Shown here piece by piece: positions 12,899 to 27,129 of a stretch of 64,000 bases of DNA (the stretch's first letter is position 1; each line of letters begins with the position of its first letter). Source of the DNA: Eledone cirrhosa (Eukaryota); the NCBI GenBank assembly GCA_964016885.1, contig OZ024740.1:314340001-314404000 (forward strand). The letters are read 5' to 3'. The position numbers and the translations under genes were made by a program. The notes below the pieces were generated by a model. It did no database searches. It was not told where the DNA came from and saw only the letters and a list, made by a program, of their open reading frames with translations.

Positions 12899-13113
12899 AA
12901 TACTCGACAATAATACAATGTCTCTTCTTCTATATATAGCGGTTGGTGGGTGGGGGAATCTCACTCATTGTACCTATTGAAAGCTATGTAGATATACATA
13001 TAATGGCTGACTGAACACGCACGTGTGTTTTTTTCGTCCCTTTTTTCCTCGTTTTTTCCGTTCCTTCCTCTTCTCACTCTTTTCTTTCTATTTATCTTCT
13101 ATTTTTAACTCTA

Positions 13114-13149
13114 TCTTCTGATGAAGGACTAATGTCCGAAATGTTAAGG
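13114..13149 (+). ncRNA. Minimal hammerhead ribozyme motif, paralog of 1611-1646
   Basis: TCTT-CTGATGA-A-GGAC(TAAT)GTCC-GAAA-TGTT-AAGG, with the same downstream sequence CTGCTATTTCAA-CGTTAA-CTAATAT. Confidence 0.65.
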
Positions 13150-13304
13150 CTCTCCTCCTGCTATTTCAAACGTTAAACTAATATATTTCTTCAATGTAAT
13201 GTGTCGTTTGCTTTGTTATTCCTCATTACCGTTTACATACATATAAATATAGCTGTACAGTGTACTCCTTTTGCCTGTTAATAAAGAGTAAAAGAACAAC
13301 TTAC

Positions 13305-13395
13305 CGACAACAGTAGTAGTAAAATAATAAAACCATCCAAATCAAGAGAAAGAGTCCCAGTGTTGTGAAGAAGGCGATTAGAAGCCAGCGAGGAA
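13305..13395 (-). CDS. Host gene exon: transmembrane helix
   Basis: TTTCAATTTCAG|...TGTCG|GTAAGT. 91 nt, phase 1 to 2, encodes VPRWLLIAFFTTLGLFLLIWMVLLFYYYCCR. Phases fit both neighbouring exons. Confidence 0.8.
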
Positions 13396-13444
13396 CTGAA
13401 ATTGAAATGACACGGGCATATTACATTACTTCGTCTATTACACT

Positions 13445-13660
13445 CGCAGGTTTTCTGCCTTACAGCCTCGTCTATTAGAATCACAGGTTCTCTGTCTTAC
13501 AATCTCGTCTATTAGATTCACAGGTTCTCTGTCTTACAATTTCGTCTATTAGATTCACAGATTTTCTATGTTACAACCTCGTCCATTAGATTCACAGATT
13601 TTCTATTTTACAACCTCGTCTATTAGATTCACAAATTTTCTCGCTTACAGCCTCGTCTCT
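13445..13660. repeat. About 37-bp minisatellite, about 6 copies
   Basis: Repeats of CACAGGTTCTCTGTCTTACAATCTCGTCTATTAGATT. Confidence 0.85.
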
Positions 13661-14370
13661 CTTTATAACATCAGGAAATCTATATCAAAATATGGCCCTT
13701 CTTTACATTCACATACATACCATATTAGCTTTGCATGGTGTTTCTTTAAACTACCATAAAGTCAAGTTAGTGTGGACATACTTTAGACATATAACCTCCA
13801 GGCGTATAGCATCGTCAGTACCTAGATAGGATACGGAGTCTATATTAAAACAAATTATCTTAATAGCTTAATAGCCATAACATTGACAACATTGCAGTCA
13901 AGCCTTTTTTAGGCCTTTGTTACCCTTATCAAAGTTCACTGGTGAGACGCTTATACAGATTATATTATATACCACGTTTGGAAAAAATCGGCCGCATTCA
14001 TACCGACCTGGAGAGGAGATGGGTTGCGCCAGGTTTAAAATGCCCCTACGATCCATAAAGTGTTACGGGTCCATACCTACCTACCTACCTACCTACCTAC
14101 ATACATACATACATACATACATACATACATACATACATACATACATACATACATACATACATACATACATACATACATACATACATACGAGATATTAAAA
14201 TTTACTGTCTTCAGAAAATCGTAGATATATGAAGGCGGTTCTGATTTCAAAACCATATATCGCTTCATAGTTTTGTCATCTGAATTTGCTGACGAGGGTA
14301 TATATTTTTATATATTCATATCTGGAATTACGAAAGGGAAATCAATGTTAAAAACCATGGAACTACCTAC

Positions 14371-14659
14371 CTAGAGTGATATCTGATGAATTAATGTTAA
14401 ATTTCGTTGATAAATCTAAGGAAACACATCGAGGTATTTTGCCGACCCATGTTGATTTGAGCGAACATTTCATGAAGGGTGAACCTACCATGAAAAATCC
14501 CGATGAACATGTGAATGTCATATAGCTACCCGGATAATAAGGAGATTTGGTAACAATATATCCATTTGGTATTCTTCTAGGGGTTAAACATTCTCTGGTT
14601 GCTTTTGTGTTTTCTCTTGTGGACTGTTGCAACTTCTGAGGCATGGGTGTACTGTTCTC
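14371..14659 (-). CDS. Host gene exon: Sushi/CCP domain
   Basis: CLTPRRIPNGY...TFTCSSGFFMVGSPFMKCSLKSTWVGKIPRC (four Cys plus Trp consensus). Acceptor TTCGCCAG, donor CTAG|GTAGGT. Confidence 0.85.
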
Positions 14660-14728
14660 CTGGCGAAGTTTGATAAAATAACAATATATTACGTTAAATA
14701 TTACAATGGTTACAATAAGAAAGATAAT

Positions 14729-14915
14729 TGTTTCTACATTTGGCACAAGGCTAGCAATTACCCAGTACATTACTGGTACTTTATTTTATCGACCCCGTAA
14801 GGATGAAAGGCAAAGTTAACCTCGGCGGGATTTGAACTCAGACCATAAAGGGCCGTAACTCTTTGCTGCAAAGCATGACGTCAGACCCTCTACCGATACT
14901 GCCAATCCACCGCCC
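14729..14915 (-). mobile_element. Full-length SINE family 1
   Basis: A box TGGCAGTATCGG, B box GAGTTCAAATCC, 19-bp TSD TTACAATAAGAAAGATAAT (14710-14728 and 14916-14934). Confidence 0.92.
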
Positions 14916-15161
14916 TTACAATAAGAAAGATAATGTTCATTATCATTGGCTTCCTTTCAGATTTATATATAGATAGATATATATGTGTGTGTGTGTGTAT
15001 CCCGGGTTCAATCGGGAGTAACCACAGTAAGTAAGGTACTCAATACATAGTAGAGTATATACAATGTTTAATATAGAAATGGCTTCTACAATTCTAGTCC
15101 TGTAGATTTCTATGTTAAATATATATACATATATATATGTGTGTGTGTATGTGTGTGTGTA

Positions 15162-15194
<33 letters not shown>

Positions 15195-15197
<3 letters not shown>

Positions 15198-15516
15198 GGT
15201 GCATGGCTTGGTGGTTAGAGCATTGGGCTTGCAATTGAAAGGCTGTGAGTTCGATTCTTGGACCGAGTGATGCGTTGTGTCCTAGAGCAATTTCACGTTG
15301 CTCCAGTTCACTCAGCTGTAGAAATGAGTTGCGACGTCACTGGTGCCAAACTGTATCGGCCTTTGCCTTTCCATTGGACATCATCGGTGGCGTGGAGAGG
15401 GGAGGCTGGTATGCATGGGTGACTGCTGGTCGTCCTCAAACACCCTTGCCCGGACTTGTGCCTCTGAGGGAAACTTTCTAGGTGCAAATCACATGGTTAT
15501 TCGTGACCGAAGGAGA
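15195..15516 (+). mobile_element. tRNA-derived SINE family 2
   Basis: TGGCTTGGTGG and GAGTTCGATTC boxes, conserved TTTCACGTTGCTCCAGT..ACTCAGCTG block shared with other copies. Confidence 0.75.
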
Positions 15517-15517
15517 T

Positions 15518-16762
<1,245 letters not shown>

Positions 16763-16967
16763 CAAATGGAAGTTTAATAAAATCGAAGCTTCGGCTGTAG
16801 CCAAGCCAACGAAATACAATTAGGAATTATGCAGCCAAGCACTCGATGAGAAAACTCAGAGTAATAACATTCGTTAGACAGCATGACAAATTGTAAACTG
16901 TGGCAGGCAAGCCTAGCCACGAGACTGAAGCGACGAAATAAACCAACAGGTTAATATACATACATAC

Positions 16968-17576
16968 ATGGTGGCTGCCAACTCGTTTTCGAGTACGGCC
17001 ACTACTTTATATCCATGTAGGAGAACCCCTACCGATGCGCTGAACGAGTGTGACTTTTTAGTCCAGCCAGCGACTTGTAAACTCTGGTACAAACACTACA
17101 CTTGTGACAATAATTGACACATAGTGCTGGGCCCATGGTACCATGTGACGACAAGTGCAGAGAGATCTCCAGATATAAAGCAATGTCTGTGCCGTGAAGC
17201 TTTTATAGTCAGCAAAGGCACTGCACAAAGCCAGTCCCACTCTCTTAACCAAGATGATATTTACCAAAAAGAAGAACAAGTCAACATCATTGGATACCAT
17301 CAGGGTTGCAGGTGTTATATCAGAGTTTTCCTTCTCCTAGAATTCTGCCTTGACAAAGGCTAAGGGGTCATCTCTCCCGGTGATTTTGGATGGCCATTGA
17401 CTCTTAAGAGCTCCTTTGCCCTTTGACAGGTTTTGTTTTTACTCCTGCGGGATGTCCAAAGTCACCCTCCTCACCAAGAAACCTTGGTGGGGTTGCCAGT
17501 TTAGTCGCCAACGACCCGAACATGAGACAGGTTGTACTGGGATACATGTTACCAGTAGCACCAACTGGTGACCTGA
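16968..17576 (-). mobile_element. Non-coding non-autonomous retroelement X, copy 1 (RTE 5'-UTR-like body)
   Basis: Near-identical to 18653-19259, flanked by (CATA)n. Minus strand has CTAGGAGAAGGAAAACTCTGA and a 3' stem-loop before (ATGT)n. Confidence 0.6.
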
Positions 17577-17654
17577 CATACATACATACATACATACATA
17601 CATACATACATACATACATACATACATACATACATACATACATACATACATACA

Positions 17655-18340
17655 TGTAAAACAAAGATCGAGGATGTAAAACAAAGATCGAGGATGTAAA
17701 ACAAAGATCGAGGATGTAAGCCACATTGTTGCCAGCTGCGAAAGAATGTCATCTTGCTACTACCTCCCCATGAGACACGATGGGATAGCTAGAACAAGCT
17801 GGAACGCACTTCGGAAAACAAAATTAACAACAAACGAGGAAGAATATATTGAGACAGATGGCACTAAGGAATACTGGTGGAACCTGAAAATAAAAACTGC
17901 CACCAAATTAAAGCACAACCGGCCTGATATTGTAGTTTGGGACCACACATTGAAAACGTGTTCTGTTGTGGAGATCAGCTGCCCACTTGATGTAAACGTT
18001 GTCAGAAAAATACAGGAGAAGGAGGACATCTACGGACCATTGATGAGGAGTTTACAAATCCAGTATCCAAAATACACCTTTAGCTTCATACCCATCATTA
18101 TTGGTGCTACGGGTTATATATCAACCCGCTTGGACCAAAGTATGACTGAACTTGGATTTGCGGACAAAAAGCGCAGCTCCCTAATTCATAGTCTGCAAAT
18201 GGCTGCGATAGCTGGCACCTTCAAAATTTGCAAAACATTCTTGCGATTCAAGGGATGACAATTTCTTTTCTTTTACAACCTTGCCACCAGGAAGGTGGCC
18301 GGTCAAAAAAATATACTTGAAATTAAGAGAAAGAGAAAAC
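17655..18340 (+). mobile_element. R4/Dong-like family A, 3' fragment (RLE domain)
   Basis: RHD...RPDIVVWD...VEISCP...KEDIY. Near-identical to 22893-23530. Ends in (CATA)n. Confidence 0.9.
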
Positions 18341-18355
18341 ATACATACATACATA

Positions 18356-18617
18356 TGTAAAACATTCCAAAATTTTTGCATCTAATAACTGCATATGCAC
18401 ATGCACAGATGCAAAGCATATACACATGCACACATACAACTCAAAACATACACATCCACACATACAATAACATCCATATCTACACATGCAGACATGCATA
18501 TATAATCTACCTAGTTGATGTTGTGTAAATTCCAATGAGAGAGTCTTGTGTCTATGTTAGAAACCGACTTTCTCTCTCTATTGGCAAAAATTTGTGAAAT
18601 TATAAAACCAGAAGAAC
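18356..18617 (+). mobile_element. R4/Dong-like family B, 3' UTR fragment
   Basis: Matches 24936-25170. Confidence 0.85.
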
Positions 18618-18652
18618 ATACATATATACATATACATAGATACATACATACA

Positions 18653-19259
18653 TGGTGGCTGCCAACTCGTTTTCGAGTACGACCACTACTTTATATCCAT
18701 GTAGGAGAACCCCTACCGATGCGCTGAACGAGTGTGACTTTTTAGTCCAGCCAGCGACTTGAAAACTCTGGTACAAACACTACACTTGTGACAATTATTG
18801 ACACATAGTGCTGGGCCCATGGTACCATGTGACGACAAGTGCAGAGAGATCTCCAGATATAAAGCAATGCCTGTGCCGTGAAGCTTTTATAGTCAGCAAA
18901 GGCACTGTACAAAGCCAATCCCACTCTTTTAACCAAGATGATATTTACCAAAAAGAAGAACAAGTCAACATGATTGGATACCATCAGGGTTGCAGGTGTT
19001 ATATCAGAGTTTTCCTTCTCCTAGAATTCTGCCTTGACAAAGTCTAAGGGGTCATCTCTCCCGGTGATTTTGGATGGCCATTGACTCTTAAGAGCTCCTT
19101 TGCCCTTTAACAGGTTTTGTTTTTAGTCTTGCAGGATGTCCAAAGTCACCCTCCTCACCAAGAAACCTTGGTGGGGTTGCCAGTTTAGTAGCCAACGACC
19201 CGACCATGAGACAGGTTGTACTGGGATACATGTTACCAGTAGCACCAACTGGTTACCTG
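18653..19259 (-). mobile_element. Element X, copy 2
   Basis: Near-identical to 16968-17576. Confidence 0.6.
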
Positions 19260-19286
19260 ACATACATACATACATACATACATACA

Positions 19287-19316
<30 letters not shown>

Positions 19317-19318
<2 letters not shown>

Positions 19319-22300
19319 ACAATGGCGACCGTTGTGGTCAGTGTCCGATAATCGGACGTGTGTAATTACGGCTTATATGAAGGCAACATACCATATATTG
19401 GAAAAAGTTGAGCTACATTACGCGGTAAGATTACATACAATAATTCTACATAAGTGTTTGAACTGTAAGTGTGTTGTAAAACACCTATTTATATGAACGA
19501 TACATACAGTTATGATATATGAACGATACATACACTTTACATATAAATGCAATGTTGTTATATTATATTTATAAAGAAATATACAAGTAACGTTTTCGAT
19601 TCAGAAACAAAAACATAAGTGTTTGAACTGTGAATATGTTGTGAATAAGTTGTAGAACACCTATTTATATGAATGATACATAAACTTTAATATATAAATA
19701 CAGCGTTGTTATATTATATTACATTCATAAAGAAATATACTAAGTAACGGTTCTTTTTGTTCTCGATTCAAACGATTCAAGAACAGCGTTTAAAACACAG
19801 TTGTAGAATTAAAAACTAACTGAAAAGAAATATTACCCAAGCTGTGAATAACTTTAAATTTGATTCTGACAGAACTTTGTCGAAACTTTTAAAGAAGATC
19901 ATCGACTATTTTGAAAAATAAATACGAAATATTAGTGAATAGACGAACTCATCATGGCAAAAAGTACAAGTCTCCTTCGACCAAATCGCAACTACAACCG
20001 TTGTATACAGTGGAGCTACGAGCTTAACAAAGAATTATATGAAGCATACAAACAATCTGAACCCCAAAAGCTCGGTTTTATGCAAAGGCTAAAAACTTTA
20101 TGGGACTCCAAACACCCAGAATTAGACTTTTCTCCAAAGCATTTAAATGAACAGGCAAAACGTATCATTAGATGTAAATTGATACATCTAACGGAATCGA
20201 GTGATACTACAAATACAGCCCTTGTAGACAACCACCCCACCTCCACTGACAGACAAAGAGAATGGTCAGCTAAATCTAACGGTGAACAGCTCACCAACAA
20301 TTTTGTTGAAATCCATCCCACTTCCACTGAAGAACAGCGAGAATGGTCAGCTAACTCTAGTAGTAATTGTCACCACATCAACAACGAGGCTGAAATTCAT
20401 GACTCTACTGAACAAACAGAGCACCAAAAACTTGTGGGCTCCCTACAAGTGATATGGAATGATATGTTTCAAGAGATACACAGCCTTAATGTGAGTGACA
20501 GACCATACAACACCAGAATCAGTAAAGAATCCAGTAAATTGGAATTGGAAGCGGTGAACGAAATAGCTGGCAATTATCTGAAGGCTATACGATCTAAAGG
20601 TGTAGAAACGATATTTGAAACGCTTAATATTTTGTTATATGTTTCAGCTGTCACATTGCTATCATATAACACACATCTAAAACCACGCAATCAAGATACA
20701 AACAAAAAGCCTGAACCAGCGTGGATGCGAAATTTAAAAAGCAAAATTTTGTCCCTGAGACGAAGTATCTCACACATCGCTGTCGTTATGAAATCCAACA
20801 TAGAGAGCAACTTCACACGACACCAGGAAGACCTAAAAAAAGTTAGAGAGACGATTTGGAGATACAAAATTTAAAACTTTGAACTCCAAATTACACCAGT
20901 TGAAACAACAACTCACAGCTACAACAGAAAGACTAAAATATAAGTCAACAGCACATAAACGACAAGTGCTAAATAGATTGTTTGCCAGAGATCCTAAATC
21001 AGTTTATCGCAGCTTCGGTGGCAAAACCTCAATCCCTGTAAATGACACCACTTCAAAAGAACAGGTTGAGAACTACTGGAGATCTGTATGGGAAACGGAT
21101 GACGGATTCAACAGACAAACTAATTGGCTAAAAGAACTGGAACAGGACTACTGCCAACATGTCCAGACAAAACAATATGACATAGATGGGTCAATACTGG
21201 AAACAGCTCTACAGAAAATGTCGAATAGGAAATCACCAGGCCCAGACCACATTACAGGATACTGGTTGAAGAATTTCACTTTCTATCGGCAAGATCTCAT
21301 ACGGCTGTTTACAGAAACCATTAAAGGCACACAAGAACTGCCCAGATGGTTATCAACTGCCACTACTCTGCTCATTCCCCAAAATAGCCAAACCACCCTT
21401 GCTAAAAATTACCGCCCAATAGCCTGCCAAAACATCATGTATAAATTATATACTGGGTGCCTTAACCTGTTCTTACAGGATCACTGTGCTACCAACAACA
21501 TCATAACACCTGAGCAAGCTGGTGGAAAGAGGGAGGTGTGGGGTTGCATAGATCACCTACTAACTAATAAAATGATTCAGGAAAAAACAACAAAGAATCG
21601 GAGAAACATGACTGTGGTGTGGCTGAGCTATCAAAAAGTATTTGATAGTGTACCTCATGGGTGGATTATTAAGGCTTTACAGTTAACCAAAGTCCCACAA
21701 CCATTGGTAGCTGCTGTTGACCGCCTGACCAAGAACTGGTACACCAATTTCATCCTTATGTGAGAAGGAGCAAGTTAAGACTGATAAGATACATTACCAG
21801 AAGGGCATCTTTCAGGGTGATAGCTTGTCAGTGCTACTCTTCGTTCTCTCACTAAATCCACTATCTTACCTACTCAGGAAAGAAGGTGGACAAAAAAGTG
21901 GGTCCAGAAGTATCTCCCATCTTTTCTTTGTTGATGTCCTGAAGTTGTATGGGCCAAATATCAATGACATCAAGAAACAATTGGACCTCATTACACAATT
22001 TTCAACAGACATCAAAATGAAATTTGGTGAGTCCAAGTGTGCATATTTGGTAGTAAAACGTAGAAGAGCTGTGCCCTCCTCTAGAAATCTAGAGATGAAC
22101 GGCCTGACAATACAACCTCTACAGTCAGGTTACAACTACAGATATCTTGGACAGGATGAGAATGTCAGATATGATGGACCCATAAATAAGGAGAGAACCA
22201 GAACTGAATACCTCAGAAGAGTAAAGAAAATATGGTCATCAGAACTGTCAGCATACAACAAATACATTGCCCACAATACTTATGCTGTGCCAATTCTAAC

Positions 22301-23530
22301 GCCAACATTCGGCCTGCTGAACTGGTCATTGCAAGAACTAAGTGAGATGGATGTTAGAACTCGCAAACTTCTCAGTGTTACTGGGAATTTTAACATCAAT
22401 GGTGATGTGGATAGGCTATACTTCTCACGCAAGGAAGGTGGCCGGGGTCTAAAATCCATATTAACAACATATGAGACCCGGATAGTAACACTGAAGCAAC
22501 ACCTTCAACAGAGGAAAAAGGTTGGCAACCATCTTGCCCAGGTTTATGAGCATGAAAAAAAATATCATTAGAATAGCGACTGATCTGGAGGAGAGATATG
22601 GAATAAAGCCTCATATAAATCTCTCACCCAGAGAAATCGGAAGATCCTATTCAATGTTCAAACAAGATGAAAAAATTGACCAATTTACAGAGAAGGTTGT
22701 GCATGGATACTTGAGAAGTAAAACACAGACCATAGAGGGGATAAACCACTCAAAAAGCCTGGCATGGAGTTCCGACAAGTTTATGACATCACACCTTGAG
22801 GGATATCTCTATGCAATACAGGAACAAGAACTCCCTACCAAATATCTGCTGCACAAAAGAGGAGGGCCAGCAGCTGACAATAAATGTAGGCTATGTAAAA
22901 CAAAGATCGAGGATGTAAGCCACATTGTTGCCAGCTGCGAAAGAATGTCATCTCACTACTACCTCCCCATGAGACACGATGGGATAGCTAGAACCATCTG
23001 GAACGCACTTCGGAAAACAAAATTAACAACAAACGAGGAAGAATATATTGAGACAGATGGCACTAAGGAATACTGGTGGAACCTGAAAATAAAAACTGCC
23101 ACCAAATTAAAGCACAACCGGCCTGATATTGTTGTTTGGGACCACACATTGAAAACGTGTTCTGTTGTGGAATCAGCTGCCCACTTGTTGTCAGAAAAAT
23201 ACAGGAGAAGGAGGACATATACGGACCACTGATGAGGAGTTTACAAATCCAGTATCCAAAATACACCTTTAGCTTCATACCCATCATTATTGGAGCTACG
23301 GGTTATATACCAACCCGCTTGGACCAAAGTATGACTGAACTTGGATTTGCGGACAAAAAGCGCAGCTCCCTAATTCATAGTCTGCAAATGGCTGCGATAG
23401 CTGGCACCTTCAAAATTTGCAAAATATTCTTGCGATTCAAGGGATGACAATTTCTTTTCTTTTACAACCTTGCCACCAGGAAGGTGGCCGGTCAAAAAAA
23501 TATACTCGAAATTAAGAGAAAGAGATAACA
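19317..23530 (+). mobile_element. Apparently full-length R4/Dong-like RLE non-LTR retrotransposon (family A), frameshifted
   Basis: Broken single ORF 19954-23447: Myb-like N-terminus, RT (SPGPD, NYRPI, FDSVPH, GIFQGDSLS, FFVDV), CCHC (CRLC..HIVASC), RHD/PD-D RLE. Bounded by (CATA)n. Confidence 0.9.
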
Positions 23531-23536
23531 TACATA

Positions 23537-25170
23537 TGTAAAGCGGGGAAAAACAACAACCCAATCTAGCAACATTGTCATCAATGGCCTAACTGTTTCA
23601 CCGATATCTGATGAGGACTGCTACAGATACCTGGGGATAGATGAGAACATATCCTATAATGGTATCTGTAATAAAGAACGCGTAACCAGGGAATACTACA
23701 CCCGATTAAGAAAGATTTGGTCATCGGAACTCTCTGCGCAAAACAAAACAGTGGCTCACAATGTGTTAGCTGTGCCTGTCCTAACACCAACTTTTGGAAT
23801 ACTCAATTGGACGATAGACGAAATCCGAGGAGTTGATGTTAGAACTCGAAAAATACTAAACAACACCGGAAACTTTCACATCAACAGTGACATAGACCGC
23901 CTTTACTTGAAACGTAAGCAGGGAGGCAAGGCCTAACATCAGTCCAGACAGCATTTGAATGTCGCATCATATCCCTCCGACAACATCTACGAACTTCGAA
24001 GCGTAGGAGTCCGTCTCTCGAACAAGTCTATCTGCATGAAACAGATAAGATCATGAGAGTTGGGAAGGAAATCCTCGAGAGATATTTCCTGTGTGATAAT
24101 CAAAACTCACACCCAGGGAAGTCGCTCAGCAATATCGCAGTGAATCCATGGATGAAAAACTGCATGCTTATCAGCAAAAAACCATGCATGGATATGTTGC
24201 CAGGAAGCTCCAGAGTGAGAGTAATATAGATAAGGAAAGTAGTCTATCTTGGATCAACAACAGCTATATTGGCTCCCACTTTGAAGGATACGCTTTTGCA
24301 ATCCAAGAACAGGAAATTAACACGAAATACCTGATTCACAAAAGAGATAGGGATGCAGGCAAAACACCTAGATGTGATAACAAGTGCAGACTCTGCAGAA
24401 TTAACGTCGAAGATGTCACCCATGTAATAAGCAGCTGTCCAAAGATGTCATCGTGGTACTATCTACCTATGAGGCATGATGTAGTGGCCAAAACACTGTA
24501 CAATGCAATCCGTAGAAAAGATAGCCCCGATAATAAACACATTAAAAGCTACAACAATGTGGAAGACATCCGTGAAAGAGTACTGGTGGAATGTTCCAGT
24601 AAAAACCCCAATAAAATGCAGGCATACAGACCAGATATTATGATATGGGACAGGGAGAAGAAAGTATGGATAGTAGTGGGAATTAGCTGCCCAGCAGATG
24701 CCAATATAATATCAAAGATTAGTGAAAAGGAGAATATTTATGCAGAACTGATGAGAAATCTGCAGATACTCCACCCTGATTACATCTTCAAATTTATGCC
24801 TGTGATTATTGGGGCACTGGGGTATGTTAGTAACTGCCTCAATACAAATCTTGAGAAGCTAGACTTCACAGGAACAGAAAGAATACAACTAGTTAGGAAA
24901 TTACAAGTACAATCCATTAATGGAACAGTAAAAATATGTAAAACATTCCAAAAGTTTTGCATCTAATAACTGCATATACACATGTACAGATGCAAACATA
25001 CAACTCAAAACATATACACATGCACACATACAATAATATCCATATCTAAACATGCATGCATACATAATCTACCTAGTTGATGTGTAAATTCCAATGAGAG
25101 AGTCTTGTCTATGTTAGAAACTGACTCTCTCTCTATTGGGAAAAAATTTGTGAAATTATAAAACCAGAAC
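23537..25170 (+). mobile_element. R4/Dong-like family B, 5'-truncated
   Basis: YRYLG, CRLC..HVISSC, RHD, RPDIMIWD (ORF 24148-24966). (CATA)n tail. Confidence 0.9.
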
Positions 25171-25219
25171 ATACATACATACATACATACATACATACAT
25201 ACATACATACATACATACA

Positions 25220-25272
<53 letters not shown>

Positions 25273-25279
<7 letters not shown>

Positions 25280-25531
25280 ACATTCTAAAAAAATTTGCAT
25301 CTAATAACTGCATATACATGTTCAGATACAAAGCATATACACATGCACACATACAACTCAAAACATACACATCCACACATACAATAACATCCATATCTAC
25401 ACATGCATGCATATATACATATCTACCTAGTTGATGTTGTGTAAATTCCAATGAGAGAGTCTTGTGTCTATGTTAGAAACCGACTCTCTCTCTATTGGTA
25501 AAACTTTGTGAAATTATAAAACCAGAAGAAC
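25273..25531 (+). mobile_element. R4/Dong-like family B, 3' UTR fragment
   Basis: Same 5' truncation point as 18356-18617. Confidence 0.85.
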
Positions 25532-26108
25532 ATACATACATATATACATACATATATACATATATATATATTTAGAGAGAGAGACCGGAATTATACCAGT
25601 TTTAAATTAGTAAGACCATTATTCAGCAGACTACTCGATACTTGGGATAGTAGAGTGTAAATATATTAGAGTGGGGGCTTGATGACTGGGTCTCTTACTT
25701 TCTCAACAGCAGGCCTCAATGGGATCTATCTGTCAATGTCTTGTATTTGATCACCCCTGGACATCAATCTCCCATTTCTCTTCTCTTGTGATTTCTGTCA
25801 CTGTGTAAGAAATCCTTATTAATACACTTGTGTATATTTCATGAATGATATTAGGATTCAGAAAGTGTCAATACACATAATTGCTACAATACATGTGAGA
25901 GGATTTACTTCTGTTTCCTTAGATTTTAATGTTCCTCTAATGTCCTGGAAGATGCAGGAGGAACCCGCATAAGTCTTGAGCCTCAGCTAGATTCCCCAAT
26001 AGATTATGTTTTGTCATTGATGTTCATATGCGATTGTTGATATGCAACAAACTATCTCATGATAAACTCATGCACCATTTACTACAATCGACCATCAACT
26101 GGATATAC

Positions 26109-26247
26109 CTCAGGGAGATATGCGATTTGTATTTCAAAATTATAAGAAATTAAGTTTAAGTGATATATCTTACTGTAGGTCGTAATTTAAATATAACTTC
26201 ATTGCCAGAGGAGTTCATTATAATGTCAGGAAGCTGCGCTATCTGAT
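26109..26247 (-). CDS. Probable host exon, C-terminal part of a CUB-like domain (3' boundary 26174 or 26109)
   Basis: TATTTTTCAG|AT CAG... encodes DQIAQLPDIIMNSSGNEVIFK. Donor ACA|GTAAGA at 26174 (phase 0), or GAG|GTATAT at 26109 if one base is missing. Confidence 0.45.
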
Positions 26248-26753
26248 CTGAAAAATACTGAATTGAATTAACAGCACAAGAAATGCTAAAATATTATATA
26301 TTGGAAATTAAAGTTAAATCGAACCTGATCAATGAATGAATCGTCTGTTTTCTTCTCACAGAAAACCTGAATACTGTTAATGTTCCTGGGTGATCTAGTA
26401 CTAAAGTTGTGTTCAGACGTTGATATTGATAGATAGTAAACTTCAGTTGTGATTGATTGAATGACAGCAGCCCGTCTAAGGAAGGAGCCCCACGAAGTAG
26501 GGTAGCTGTTACAGCGGGTGTCACTAACCATTGTCCGCGGAAATGCCTTTGTTGCAATTTTGTCCGTGGGGCGCAGCCGAAACACCGCCCCAACCTAGGG
26601 GCAGAACCTGTCACCCTTGCCCTTCTCCCTCTTTTTCTTCCGTGGCCTAATACTCCTTGCTCTTTCCCTTCTTTTCTTCTCATTTATGGCATTTATAGTC
26701 CTTTCCTTTACTTTCCTATACGGCCAGATCTGCCCTTCTTTACCCATCTCTTT

Positions 26754-26944
26754 TTGGTGGATTGGCAGTATCGGTAGATTGTCGGACGCCATGCTTTGAC
26801 GCATAGAGTTACCGCTTTTGCCATTCTGAGTTCAAATCCTGCCGAGGTTAACTTTGCCTTTCATCCTTACGGGGTTGATAAAATAAAGTACCAGTAATGA
26901 ACTGAGTAATTGCTGGCCTTGAGCCAAAAGTAGAAACAATTATT
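26754..26944 (+). mobile_element. SINE family 1, near full length
   Basis: A/B boxes, core, GTAGAAACAATTATT tail. Confidence 0.88.
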
Positions 26945-27129
26945 AATTAATCATGAAAACGTATTAAATAATTTAATCTCTCTAAAAAATATTTGATAAT
27001 TAATAATAAACTATTCCTTGTATATCCCACCACACAGGATCTTCATTAGATGCATGTCACCCCACGGCCGCTGGGCAGGTTTATCGTTAGGACTAAGCCA
27101 CTGATGGCGGCATTTAACATAGTGATAAA

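Noticed and set aside
16969-17055. Possible HDV-like ribozyme at the end of element X
   Set aside because: P1- and P2-like pairings exist, but there is no room for P3/L3 and no P1.1; better explained as a 3' stem-loop on the minus strand
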